A DNA stretch of 59,674 nt from a virus (IMGVR_UViG_3300025769_000116:1-59674); one strand, 5' to 3'. Shown: positions 18,305 through 27,511, numbered from the stretch's first letter. Notes: generated by a model not told the origin, from the sequence alone. Numbers and translations are program-made.

Positions 18305-19176
18305 AATTCAATTTCCATAAATTTTTTACTTTCTTGACGATCGTAATTAAAAATTTCATCTAGTGTTAGATGAGTTCCAGTTTCCTTCCACCATCTGTCA
18401 ATAAGTTGATACGAATAAATGGAAGCGTTTGCTTGTTCCCGGTATTCGTCTGAATTAGCCATTAATTCAACCTTAATACCATATATATTCGTTGTATCAA
18501 AGTCATTGACATTATGGTTAAAGAGAGGGAATGAATAACATCTACCGAATCCAGTCAAAACATTATTTTCAGTTGATGTATGGTTAAATGGCAATGGCAT
18601 ATGCCATTTGATTACGTTTTCTCCTAGTTCGTGATCAAAATAAAAACGAACTAATTTTTCTGCATATTTTCTTTTAAGTACATAGCATTGTAATCCATGA
18701 TCATAATATTCTCTACGCCTTGGAGCCATAATTGGATAATCTTTCCACATATTCCACGGTTGATCATAAATGCCACAAAGATGAAGTGCCAACCATTTAT
18801 TCCCAAGTCTATTAATAAACTCTTGATACGTGAAATTCCAATGTTGTACTGGTGTGAAGTCTACATCGTCTTCAAAAAAAATGCCAACCTCTTCATTTGT
18901 ATTTTCATACCACCACTTGATGGCAAGCAGATGAGAAGAAAAAGTTCCTTTTGCAACTCCTTTTTCTACACCTGGATTTGGATACCAAATCTCCCAATCG
19001 CCTTCCCCATCTTTCCAACGAGTAAATCGTATGAAATTAATGTCAGAAATTCCTAACTTAGCAAATTCCTGAGTAGTATATTCCATTCTCTCAGGCGCTT
19101 CGTACAAATTGATGACATTAGGACGAGGCATTCCTTCAAGTTTATTCATCAATTTCCTCAAGCGTTTCATAATCAA
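18301..19176 (-). CDS. GT25-like glycosyltransferase
   Basis: INL...ER, SHLLAI, FFEDD. Confidence 0.72.
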   Translation of the reverse strand: MIMKRLRKLMNKLEGMPRPNVINLYEAPERMEYTTQEFAKLGISDINFIRFTRWKDGEGDWEIWYPNPGVEKGVAKGTFSSHLLAIKWWYENTNEEVGIFFEDDVDFTPVQHWNFTYQEFINRLGNKWLALHLCGIYDQPWNMWKDYPIMAPRRREYYDHGLQCYVLKRKYAEKLVRFYFDHELGENVIKWHMPLPFNHTSTENNVLTGFGRCYSFPLFNHNVNDFDTTNIYGIKVELMANSDEYREQANASIYSYQLIDRWWKETGTHLTLDEIFNYDRQESKKFMEIEL

Positions 19177-19378
19177 TAACTGGCATACACCAATTTGCTT
19201 GCATCATTCTTAAAACCCATTTGGCGTCTTCTTTACTACCAGCTTCAACCGGAACAGGATTCTCAGTAACAAAAACAGGTTTTGCATTTTCATAATGAAC
19301 TTCGTGAAATGCGTAAAGATTTCCTTTCTTTACTAGACGATAGTTCCAATGAGTTTCTTTTGTGTCGTATTCATCCAT
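19142..19378 (-). CDS. Conserved phage hypothetical (WNYR...HEVHY)
   Basis: Paralog of 8091-8378. Confidence 0.6.
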   Translation of the reverse strand: MDEYDTKETHWNYRLVKKGNLYAFHEVHYENAKPVFVTENPVPVEAGSKEDAKWVLRMMQANWCMPVIDYETLEEIDE

Positions 19379-19991
19379 GCTGTTTTATCACTCCATATAC
19401 ATCACTTAGATTCTGATGGAAAGCCTCTAAAGACCCATTATTATAGATTCTAAAGGTTACGATATTAAACCTTTCAGGAAGGACGTATTGATCATCAAAG
19501 TCTTTTGTAAATCCTGCGGCATATTCATACATTAAGTCACCGTTAAAATATCTACGAGAGTCAGTTGAATACGAACAACCTTCTCTTACTAACTGAACCA
19601 AGCGGATGCCTTGTTCACCTACTTTTTGAATGATAGGTCTAAGCTCTTCTACAAATCCACCATCTGAAATTGCATAGTTTTGATCAGGCTTCATTACACT
19701 CGCAACCTGTTCACCAAAATAAGCAGGGCCATGATTTGGCTTAATTACATTTTCAGAAACATGAATCATCGCTTCTCGGCGAGACATACCTTTTAAAGCT
19801 GATTTGGGTTCTTCTTTTTGATCTCGGTCATGATATCCATCCATGAACCAAGCCTTTGTAACTTGAAAATATTTACATGTTTCTTCATAAAGAATATGCT
19901 TAAAAGACAGGTGACGAAAGCCACGGTCACAAAAATAACTCGTGGCTTCGTCTTTACCTGAACCGGGCGGGCCATTAAATATTACAATCAT
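19371..19991 (-). CDS. Deoxynucleoside monophosphate kinase-like P-loop protein
   Basis: NGPPGSGKD, ISDGGF, DSR, NNGS. Confidence 0.75.
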   Translation of the reverse strand: MIVIFNGPPGSGKDEATSYFCDRGFRHLSFKHILYEETCKYFQVTKAWFMDGYHDRDQKEEPKSALKGMSRREAMIHVSENVIKPNHGPAYFGEQVASVMKPDQNYAISDGGFVEELRPIIQKVGEQGIRLVQLVREGCSYSTDSRRYFNGDLMYEYAAGFTKDFDDQYVLPERFNIVTFRIYNNGSLEAFHQNLSDVYGVIKQHG

Positions 19992-20544
19992 TTGTTTCCC
20001 TCATGAATCCAAGTTTAGCAATGTAATACGCATCAACGATGTCATTCACTGCATTAGAATTTGTTATTATATCACATTGAGCCAAGATGTCAACCCCTGT
20101 GTCAAAAATAAATGATTCATACATTTTATCTTTATTTGCATTACCTTTACCAGTTGCAAATTTTTTGATTTCGGTTGGAGCAAATACTTCCATTGGAATT
20201 TGTTGTTGGTGAGCTATACGATATTTCAAAACACCGGTATTCTCAGCAATTTGAAAAACTCTACCAACAGACCCAAACGAATATCCTTCAATGAAAGCTT
20301 TGTTTATTACATAAGACTTTACTATCTTTATTGCCCATTGTGAGATCTTGTGATATCTTTCGGAATCAGAACTCCAAAGTTCAGGATATCGCGTACCGTG
20401 GAATTGATCTAATTCGATTCGATCTTTTTCTGTTTTTGATTTGAAAAAATAATAGAAGTTACAATTATCATAATGCCACTCATCACCTTCGTGAACACAT
20501 ATCGCTGGACTGGAAAGACTATAGTCTATTCCGCATATAATCAT
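19975..20544 (-). CDS. RuvC-like nuclease (RNase H fold)
   Basis: GIDYSL, IEGYSF, PTEIKKFATGKGNANK, DIVDAY. Confidence 0.82.
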   Translation of the reverse strand: MIICGIDYSLSSPAICVHEGDEWHYDNCNFYYFFKSKTEKDRIELDQFHGTRYPELWSSDSERYHKISQWAIKIVKSYVINKAFIEGYSFGSVGRVFQIAENTGVLKYRIAHQQQIPMEVFAPTEIKKFATGKGNANKDKMYESFIFDTGVDILAQCDIITNSNAVNDIVDAYYIAKLGFMRETNDCNI

Positions 20545-20570
20545 GTCGAATAACCTTCATTACAAAGGAT

Positions 20571-20578
20571 TATTTATA
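20571..20578 (-). promoter_or_regulatory. T4-type late promoter TATAAATA
   Basis: Exact match upstream of 20544. Confidence 0.65.
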
Positions 20579-20580
20579 TC

Positions 20581-21138
20581 TTAATCTGCCCTGAAAAATA
20601 CGTGTGATCCAATTCGGCCTACAGAATAAAATGACTTATTCCATGTAGGTGAAACATATGTTGTATGATAATGAGTGGCACCTTCCGTGATACCTCTATA
20701 AAGTTTATCATGTAACATGGAGTAAGCAACATATTGTGCCTGTGCCCAAGCTTCTGTTTCATGTGGGGTGTCATCTTTACCGTCACAGTACCAAGAGAAC
20801 TGACACTTGTTTAGAACTGGAATCATCTTCTCTGGATCTTTCCACGAGGGCTTCATTCGGCCTTGATAAATCACATCACATACTGTGTCTGGATAACGAA
20901 CACTTTCAACACGATTCATCACAACATCTGCGACTGCATATTGTCCCGCAAGATTATCACTTCGACTTTCGTGGTAGATATTGAGAGCGAGACAATGCGC
21001 CTCACTGAATTCTACAAGCGACCAAAAATCTTCATTGATAATAATCAATCTTTCGTCAGGCGAGGAATGTGTTTTCAACGCCATCAATCCATAACAAAAT
21101 AATATAAACACTATAGTAAACTTTAATATTTTTCTCAT
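20581..21138 (-). CDS. SleB/Hydrolase_2 cell-wall hydrolase with N-terminal anchor
   Basis: CLALNIYHESR, NRV, CQFSW, GATHYH, IGSHVF. Confidence 0.9.
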   Translation of the reverse strand: MRKILKFTIVFILFCYGLMALKTHSSPDERLIIINEDFWSLVEFSEAHCLALNIYHESRSDNLAGQYAVADVVMNRVESVRYPDTVCDVIYQGRMKPSWKDPEKMIPVLNKCQFSWYCDGKDDTPHETEAWAQAQYVAYSMLHDKLYRGITEGATHYHTTYVSPTWNKSFYSVGRIGSHVFFRAD

Positions 21139-21935
21139 TTCATCACCATAATTTGATTTTTGTCAATAAGCGGTTTAGTTGGGCTTTCACGGTCTCGTTT
21201 AAACGCGCCAGTAGAAACAACGAGAAGCATAACAGCAAGCGGATCAAAAACCAACACAATAATAAGAATAATGCTACGGACTGCTACATCATAATAATCA
21301 TTAGCATTATCTTCTCCGTAAAAGAGCTCAGCAACATATTTGAGAGGTCCAATCTCTGCTTCCAAAGCAAATCGTTCGCGCTGTAGCGGTATAAGTTCAA
21401 TATTCAGTTCATTAATTCGTTGCTGAGATTCCTGAATGTTTTGATCGATTTGCCGCCGCTCGTCTTTTTGATTTTCTCGTACAGCAAGTGCACCATCTTC
21501 GCCACGAATTCGATCATAATCAATGAGTACTTGTACAGCGCGGTCTAGACTTGAAAGAACAGTTTCTCCAGATAAAATGTTTCTTTCTTCACTTTTGATT
21601 TTGTTTTGCAAGAGTCTAATTTCGACATCGTTATTACCGCTTGCCTGTATTTTTTGATCGAGATGGGCTTTACTTAAATATCCAAATATGCCCATTGATG
21701 TTATAAACATTAGAATGATAATTGCACTAATGAAATAAGAACGGGTAAGTATGTTTACGTTTTCCCATTCAAAGTGTAGCCAAGCAGTGCTTACTAATTT
21801 TCCTACTTCAAGAATTAGGGCCATAACAACTACTGACCAAAATGCGCCAGCAAAAAGAGTGGCTAAGCCTATTATAGAAAAATAGGCTGCCACCGAAGCA
21901 ATTGCTATTGAAGTAGCAAGTGTTAAATATTTCAT
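21135..21935 (-). CDS. Membrane protein with coiled coil, conserved in T4-like phages
   Basis: TM helices, LEVGKLV, TSMGIFGYLSKAH, EIGPLKY, FDPLAV. Confidence 0.7.
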   Translation of the reverse strand: MKYLTLATSIAIASVAAYFSIIGLATLFAGAFWSVVVMALILEVGKLVSTAWLHFEWENVNILTRSYFISAIIILMFITSMGIFGYLSKAHLDQKIQASGNNDVEIRLLQNKIKSEERNILSGETVLSSLDRAVQVLIDYDRIRGEDGALAVRENQKDERRQIDQNIQESQQRINELNIELIPLQRERFALEAEIGPLKYVAELFYGEDNANDYYDVAVRSIILIIVLVFDPLAVMLLVVSTGAFKRDRESPTKPLIDKNQIMVMK

Positions 21936-21940
21936 TTAAC

Positions 21941-22120
21941 TTAAATTAAAGGATGACCATCTTCATAATCGAGATAAGCCATTAATGCTAAAGCAACTGC
22001 TAAAAAATACTCAATAGGGGTTTGAGCTAAAAGGAAAAATAGAACAGATAAGCCAATCTGCATTTTAACAGAGTGCTTATAAGATATATCCTTTATAAAG
22101 CGAGTTACAAATCCTCGCAT
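21941..22120 (-). CDS. Small membrane protein, 59 aa (not in ORF track)
   Basis: MRGFVTRFIK...IGLSVLFFLLA...; AGAGGA SD; late promoter upstream. Confidence 0.5.
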   Translation of the reverse strand: MRGFVTRFIKDISYKHSVKMQIGLSVLFFLLAQTPIEYFLAVALALMAYLDYEDGHPLI

Positions 22121-22144
22121 AAGTTAATCCTCTTGTTGGTGTAA

Positions 22145-22152
22145 TATTTATA
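22145..22152 (-). promoter_or_regulatory. T4-type late promoter TATAAATA
   Basis: Exact match. Confidence 0.65.
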
Positions 22153-22154
22153 AG

Positions 22155-22183
22155 CAAACAAACGTGGGGCCCAAAGGCCCCTT
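22155..22183 (-). terminator. Rho-independent terminator
   Basis: GGGGCC-TTTG-GGCCCC then an imperfect T tract; same stem as 2095-2110. Confidence 0.65.
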
Positions 22184-22192
22184 AAAGTTTGC

Positions 22193-22441
22193 TTAGACTC
22201 CAGCAGCGAATGCTCGGTAGCCAGCTGCGATCAAAGATGCAGTAGGAGTACCAATTCGATACTTACGAGTTACTTCACCAGCTTTGTTGGTGCGCGTATT
22301 AAGATAAACTGCGTTACCTCGTTGACGTACCAAACTTATAACTTTAGCAGGTGATTTCACATTAAATCGCGAAGCGATTTGCTTTGCAGTCAATTCTGCG
22401 CCTGATTTAAGAGCTGCTTCTACTTTAAGTACTTGTGTCAT
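22193..22441 (-). CDS. Winged-HTH DNA-binding protein
   Basis: LTAKQIASRF...AKVISLVR...AVYLN...YRIGTP. Confidence 0.7.
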   Translation of the reverse strand: MTQVLKVEAALKSGAELTAKQIASRFNVKSPAKVISLVRQRGNAVYLNTRTNKAGEVTRKYRIGTPTASLIAAGYRAFAAGV

Positions 22442-22518
22442 ATTTCAATTTCCTTTACATTATTTAAGTTTCTTGCGTATACCCGCCGGTATTTAGCGTT
22501 GCACTAAATTCTTTTTGC

Positions 22519-22860
22519 TTAAGAAATCATATCCGATATTTCTTTAGCGTATTCTGGATTTGTAACAGGAACTGCATTACTTTTATGCAGCGTTGCAATT
22601 CCTATGACAAAGTTTCCTGTGTATTTTCGAGATTCTTGTTTATTTCCCGTGCCTTTACTTCCTGTAAAATCTGATCGGCTTGGGTATTTTTTAAATTCTG
22701 CGAGTCTCTGGTTTGCATATGATACGCTTTTCTCTGAACCTGTTGGCGATAGTTCACGAAACGCTGGTGCCTTATATTTTTCATACACTTCTCCTTTAAC
22801 TTTGCGCGGTTTGCGCTTTCGGCCAGAAAAATCATATTTATAGGAGTTAGCTATATACAC
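22519..22860 (-). CDS. Conserved phage hypothetical
   Basis: YTGNFVIGIATLHKSNAVPV. Confidence 0.65.
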   Translation of the reverse strand: MYIANSYKYDFSGRKRKPRKVKGEVYEKYKAPAFRELSPTGSEKSVSYANQRLAEFKKYPSRSDFTGSKGTGNKQESRKYTGNFVIGIATLHKSNAVPVTNPEYAKEISDMIS

Positions 22861-22902
22861 CTATCTTTTACCTCTCAATCTCTATTAATTTAATAAGTAG
22901 CT

Positions 22903-22999
22903 ATTCTACACCAGTTGAAGGGAAAAGTACAATACTTTTTAAACTAAAATTTGTATATAAAACAATCGGTTATGATTTATTATTTTTAAGAGGTTGTTT
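22903..22999 (-). promoter_or_regulatory. Early promoter plus inverted IHF-like box pair
   Basis: -10 22903-22908, -35 TTGTAC 22927-22932; boxes 22960-22972 and 22987-22999. Confidence 0.75.
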
Positions 23000-23031
23000 T
23001 TTATAGGTTTTTTATTCTCGTGAAATATTTG

Positions 23032-23061
23032 AAAAAAACAAGGCACCCAAAAGTGCCTTGT
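23032..23061 (-). terminator. Rho-independent terminator
   Basis: ACAAGGCAC/GTGCCTTGT stem plus T run after the porin gene. Confidence 0.8.
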
Positions 23062-23077
23062 CTTTATATCATTCAGA

Positions 23078-23704
23078 TTAGAATGATTTGGTAAGCATTA
23101 ATACTGCAGATTTCTCATCTGCAATGTCGTCTTCGCCTTGGAAGTAACGATAGCCAAAGGTAACATCAACACCTTCGACATCAATTGTCTTAGAGATCAT
23201 AGCGTGGCGACCAACAGTGTCGAAATCACCTACTGTCAAATCTGCAACACCAAGATCAACACCTAACTCCATGTAATCAGGAGCGTCATCGAGACCCATG
23301 TAATATTTAGCAGTCACTGCTTTATAAGCTAATTGAAAACCTACTTCTTCTACATCTAAAGCAGATTCTTCAAAATCGCTTAAAGTGTCAAGTGCAGTGT
23401 AGTTATAATCAATATAAGCAGCGCCTACAGTAACATCACCGAACGTAAAGTTCTTAGCTACCATAACATCGTATTCTACTTCGATGTCTGTACCATAATC
23501 TACTTGGCTTGCCCACAATTGAGCAAAGAAGCCGTTATGTACTATATGAGCTTCACCAGAAGCTGCAGCGTTACCTGCATTCTGTGCAGCGCCACGAAAA
23601 ATGTAATTGCTTCCCAAAGAAACCGAACCGCCGAAGTCAAGAGCTTGAGCAGACATTCCGATTGTAGACATAGCTAATAATAGCATTAATTTTAAATTTT
23701 TCAT
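23078..23704 (-). CDS. TorF-family (TIGR02001-like) outer-membrane beta-barrel
   Basis: Signal peptide, SNYIFRG, WASQVD, C-terminal Phe. Confidence 0.82.
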   Translation of the reverse strand: MKNLKLMLLLAMSTIGMSAQALDFGGSVSLGSNYIFRGAAQNAGNAAASGEAHIVHNGFFAQLWASQVDYGTDIEVEYDVMVAKNFTFGDVTVGAAYIDYNYTALDTLSDFEESALDVEEVGFQLAYKAVTAKYYMGLDDAPDYMELGVDLGVADLTVGDFDTVGRHAMISKTIDVEGVDVTFGYRYFQGEDDIADEKSAVLMLTKSF

Positions 23705-23757
23705 GTTTTTTCCTTTTCTTTGAATTGAAAAATGAATCTATAAGATCCATTACAAAT

Positions 23758-23765
23758 TATTTATA
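23758..23765 (-). promoter_or_regulatory. T4-type late promoter TATAAATA
   Basis: Exact match upstream of the TorF-like gene. Confidence 0.6.
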
Positions 23766-23792
23766 AAAAGTTAAGGAATAAGTAAAGAAAAA

Positions 23793-24272
23793 TTAATTTT
23801 TTTGTTTTGCCACCAATTTGTCATAAGCAGCTCGGTCAACAACACCTTCTTCAAGAAGTTTTTCACGGTTCGCCATGTGAGAGTTTTGAGTATCCTCTTT
23901 AGATCCACCGTAATAAGGAACGCAATGACCTTCTTCTGACATTACCGAAGTAACAGGTCTCCAAGCATCAGTAACAGGACAGTAGACATCAAAATCACCA
24001 AGGATACGACCAAACTTACCTTTCATGTCTTCGCCATCTTTTGCAACTTGTGTTTTCAACACGGGGTTTGGACCAAGGAGTTCTTTCAGCCTTTTCTTTG
24101 CTGCCAGGCCAAATAATTTCTCAACCTTATCACTAGTTCTAGATTCGGGTGTATCGATACCCATGATACGTACCCGTTCATCTTTTAACCACACACCAAA
24201 GCCAAGATCGATGTCAACATCAACAGTATCACCATCTACTACTTTGATTAATTTTGTTCTATATTCGTACAT
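23793..24272 (-). CDS. Thermonuclease (SNase-like)
   Basis: VVDGDTV, RIMGIDTPE, GKFGRILG. Confidence 0.9.
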   Translation of the reverse strand: MYEYRTKLIKVVDGDTVDVDIDLGFGVWLKDERVRIMGIDTPESRTSDKVEKLFGLAAKKRLKELLGPNPVLKTQVAKDGEDMKGKFGRILGDFDVYCPVTDAWRPVTSVMSEEGHCVPYYGGSKEDTQNSHMANREKLLEEGVVDRAAYDKLVAKQKN

Positions 24273-24277
24273 TTACT

Positions 24278-24475
24278 TTACTCCGTTAATAATTGAATCA
24301 TACCGCTTTCCCAATTTTCAACCAAGTCTTCGGCATAATGTCTACTTTTTCCGGGTACTTCTCTGATTTGGACTAGCTTATCGTTTTCATAAAGATCTAC
24401 TGCATATGTTCCTTCACCATTTACACCATCAAAAGCTTGTTTATAAGCCATTCGTATTACAGCTCTTCTACTCAT
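24278..24475 (-). CDS. Hypothetical protein
   Basis: ORF 65 aa. Confidence 0.55.
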   Translation of the reverse strand: MSRRAVIRMAYKQAFDGVNGEGTYAVDLYENDKLVQIREVPGKSRHYAEDLVENWESGMIQLLTE

Positions 24476-24598
24476 CTTCTAATTCCTTTTTCTTTGTTTC
24501 TTTTTTAATATGATATATGGCACTGAAATACATAAAAGCTGCATATGCCATCATACAAAGACCTACAAATATAATTCCATTGATGAAAACTGCGAGAT

Positions 24599-24754
24599 TC
24601 ACCTTCCCTGGCCTCTGTATTTTTTATAACTAGCTTTTTTTCTTTTGTTCATTGATGCCATTTTTTTAGTTCCATCACCAATTGATGTTCCTTTTTTAAT
24701 CGGATCAGGTCTTGTAACTTGACCGAGGCCTCCGCCTGATTTTGCCTTTGCCAT
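24599..24754 (-). CDS. Small basic protein ending YRGQGR, 51 aa (not in ORF track)
   Basis: MAKAKSGGG...KKGTSIG...KKYRGQGR*. Confidence 0.55.
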   Translation of the reverse strand: MAKAKSGGGLGQVTRPDPIKKGTSIGDGTKKMASMNKRKKASYKKYRGQGR

Positions 24755-24764
24755 ATTCTATTTC

Positions 24765-25943
24765 CTATTGTGCATTAATAATATCAACGATTCTATGCGC
24801 TAATTCGTTAAAATAATTTGTGTTATGACCTCTTGTCGTCATAGCCGCCGTACCTATTCGAATTCCAGACGTTTCTACAAAACTTTTTGGATCATTTGGT
24901 ATACCATTCTTATTAACAGTAATACCATTTTCTTCGAGTAAATCAGCAGCTTCTTTTCCACTACGACCAGTAGAAGTCAAGTCAAGTAAAACAATGTGCG
25001 AATCTGTTCCTTCTGTTTGCACTTTCAGACCTCGAGAAGTGAACACGGAGCACATTTCCATTGCATTATTTATTACTCGTCGAGTATAAAGAGAAAATTC
25101 ATCTGTGTTGGCTTCTATGAATGCTTGTGCTTTGGCTGCGATTTGATTCATGAGTGGTCCACCCTGCGTTCCTGGAAAGATTGCAGAATTGATTTTTTTA
25201 GTATAGTCTTTGTTATTCCAAAGAATGATACCACCCCGTGGTCCGCGGAGTGTCTTGTGCGTAGTTGATGTTACGACATCTGCATAAGGTAAAGGATTAT
25301 CATAAGTCTTTCCGGCAATGAGACCAGAATAGTGTGCCATGTCAACCATTAACTTAGCACCAACAAAATCAGCAATTTCTTTAAAGCGCTTCCAATCGAT
25401 TTGTCGTGGATAAGCAGAAGCACCAGCAATTATTAATTCGGGACGATGAAGTTTTGCTTTTTCGTGTACTTCATCATAATCAATCCAGCCTTCTTCATTT
25501 ACTCCATAAGAAAACGATTGATAAACTTTACCTGATAAAGTTACACGCGCACCGTGAGTTAAATGTCCACCGGCCGCAAGATCCATTCCAAGGATTGTAT
25601 CTTTAGGTTGGAGAAAAGCTTGAAACACTGCAAGATTTGCGTTGGCACCAGAATGTGGTTGAACATTGGCATATTCGGCACCATAAAGTTCTTTCAATTG
25701 ATCAATTGCAAGATTTTCAATTTCATCATAATTTTTGCAGCCGTTATAATATCTCTTGCCAGGATATCCTTCTGCATATTTGTTAGTAAAGATAGATCCA
25801 CAAAGGCTCATTACTGCGGATGAAGCAAAGTTTTCTGAAGCGATTAATTCGACATTTTTTCTTTGTCTTTCTTTTTCGTGTTCCATTAAGCGCATAATAC
25901 GCTCATCAATATGTCTAGGAATACCCGTCACGTTTTTCTCCAT
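24765..25943 (-). CDS. glyA: Serine hydroxymethyltransferase
   Basis: LIASEN, NKYAEGYPGKRYY, GGHLTHG, STTHKTLRGPRGG (PLP Lys), SGIRIGT. Confidence 0.97.
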   Translation of the reverse strand: MEKNVTGIPRHIDERIMRLMEHEKERQRKNVELIASENFASSAVMSLCGSIFTNKYAEGYPGKRYYNGCKNYDEIENLAIDQLKELYGAEYANVQPHSGANANLAVFQAFLQPKDTILGMDLAAGGHLTHGARVTLSGKVYQSFSYGVNEEGWIDYDEVHEKAKLHRPELIIAGASAYPRQIDWKRFKEIADFVGAKLMVDMAHYSGLIAGKTYDNPLPYADVVTSTTHKTLRGPRGGIILWNNKDYTKKINSAIFPGTQGGPLMNQIAAKAQAFIEANTDEFSLYTRRVINNAMEMCSVFTSRGLKVQTEGTDSHIVLLDLTSTGRSGKEAADLLEENGITVNKNGIPNDPKSFVETSGIRIGTAAMTTRGHNTNYFNELAHRIVDIINAQ

Positions 25944-26173
25944 TAATATAGTTTTTCAAAAAGTTTTTTTGTTAGATCATTGTAGTCCCCTACATATTCA
26001 GCATCCCACCAAATTTGCGGAATCTTTCTAGGATCACCACCTCGCTCTATCATTTCATTATAAAATTTTTTGTAGGTTACGTTTTTATAAGTGTACTCTT
26101 CTTTATGTTTTTTACTATCTCTTACAGCCCACTTACAATTATTACAATCATCTGTTCCATAGATGTAAATCAT
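25943..26173 (-). CDS. Glutaredoxin-like protein
   Basis: CNNC, IPQI, YVGDY. Confidence 0.72.
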   Translation of the reverse strand: MIYIYGTDDCNNCKWAVRDSKKHKEEYTYKNVTYKKFYNEMIERGGDPRKIPQIWWDAEYVGDYNDLTKKLFEKLY

Positions 26174-26535
26174 AGTGTAATATCTTTTTTGTCTTTTTGT
26201 TTCCAGGTGTACTTATCTTTCCAATCATTGAGATATTCAATTTTCTTTTCTTCATCCCACCCAGCAAGAGCATCACCATTGTGTTCTTCAAAAATTTGTA
26301 GTGCTCTTGTTTTACTAATGACATGGCAGTCAATAATATTTTCACCTATGAATCTTTGACCGGATTCTTTTACTTCTTCACAGGTTACTGAATCTTTTAT
26401 CCAGGTTTTAATAAATTCATCATCAACATTTTGATCCTCTGCTTCCGCACGAATATAATCAACTGGTATCATATAAATGCTTTTAACAGAAGTCACAGTA
26501 GTGACAAGCGCGTAATCTTTAGGCCGTTGGCTCAT
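26170..26535 (-). CDS. Hypothetical protein
   Basis: ORF 121 aa. Confidence 0.6.
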   Translation of the reverse strand: MSQRPKDYALVTTVTSVKSIYMIPVDYIRAEAEDQNVDDEFIKTWIKDSVTCEEVKESGQRFIGENIIDCHVISKTRALQIFEEHNGDALAGWDEEKKIEYLNDWKDKYTWKQKDKKDITL

Positions 26536-26671
26536 ACAATCTCACTCCATCTTTCATAATCATTTTTCTTGATTCATGAGGAGCACCAAAGTCTCGCTCA
26601 TAAACTGTCTTGCCCTTATCTGGGCTTTCGTAAATCTTAGTTGTTTTTGTTGTTTCGCTTTGATTGCTCAT
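26519..26671 (-). CDS. Small hypothetical, 50 aa (not in ORF track)
   Basis: IYESPDKGKTVYERDFG. Confidence 0.5.
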   Translation of the reverse strand: MSNQSETTKTTKIYESPDKGKTVYERDFGAPHESRKMIMKDGVRLYEPTA

Positions 26672-26894
26672 ATTTTTCTTGCCTCTTTACATTATAAACC
26701 ATTCTTTTCCAAATATCATTGGCATGGGGAAGATCATAATTCATAAATTCTACATAAGAATCTATGTGTTCTAATTCAGTTATATAACTTTGACAAATAT
26801 ATTCACGATATTGTTTAGCATACTTATCGACTAAAGCACGAGACCAACTATCCTTTTCTTCATGGGTGTTTGGATTATGATCTTTTGATGACAT
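26637..26894 (-). CDS. Hypothetical protein
   Basis: ORF 85 aa. Confidence 0.5.
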   Translation of the reverse strand: MSSKDHNPNTHEEKDSWSRALVDKYAKQYREYICQSYITELEHIDSYVEFMNYDLPHANDIWKRMVYNVKRQEKYEQSKRNNKNN

Positions 26895-26897
26895 AGG

Positions 26898-27116
26898 CTA
26901 TTCCTTAACAATTCCGTACCTAATATATCTATACCAAATTCTTTCATGGCCGTAATATAAAATGAATTTGATTATAAGGTCTGCAATGAATACCATTCCT
27001 ACTGCTTTTGGTGGAAGGCCGAAGAACCATGCAATCAATGCTGTAGTAATCGATGCGATGATTCTCCATGTTACTGCTTTACCTAGATGTCTTTTCTTTG
27101 TTACTACTTCAGCCAC
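26898..27116 (-). CDS. DUF2061 small membrane protein
   Basis: KAVTWRII...YYGHERIW. Confidence 0.85.
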   Translation of the reverse strand: MAEVVTKKRHLGKAVTWRIIASITTALIAWFFGLPPKAVGMVFIADLIIKFILYYGHERIWYRYIRYGIVKE

Positions 27117-27511
27117 GCAATTCTCCTACCTTCGGCAACCCTCCTGTCATATTCTTCTGGTGACCCAGGGTATCTCCAGCCCCAGATACAAACCAATAAC
27201 ATAAAAATACCCGTATAGATTACACCTTTGATAGGTACCGTGAAGTACATGATCGCTAAGGATGACATCATCATTCCAGCCATTAAGTACTTTGCTTTCT
27301 GTGGAAATACTTTTTTCTCAGTCCAATTATTTACAAAGGGGCCAAAGTGCTTGTGATTCATAATATAGGCATGCATTCTAGGACTTGACTTTGCAAAACA
27401 AAATGCTGCACCTAAAACAAAATGACTAAATGGGATACCAGGAGTCACTACTCCAATATACGCCATCACCAAACACAAATAACCACCCGCCATCCAAGCG
27501 TATCGTTTCAT
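27104..27511 (-). CDS. YbaN/DUF454 inner-membrane protein
   Basis: GVVTPGIP...FCFAKSSPR...HFGP...W. Confidence 0.85.
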   Translation of the reverse strand: MKRYAWMAGGYLCLVMAYIGVVTPGIPFSHFVLGAAFCFAKSSPRMHAYIMNHKHFGPFVNNWTEKKVFPQKAKYLMAGMMMSSLAIMYFTVPIKGVIYTGIFMLLVCIWGWRYPGSPEEYDRRVAEGRRIAWLK

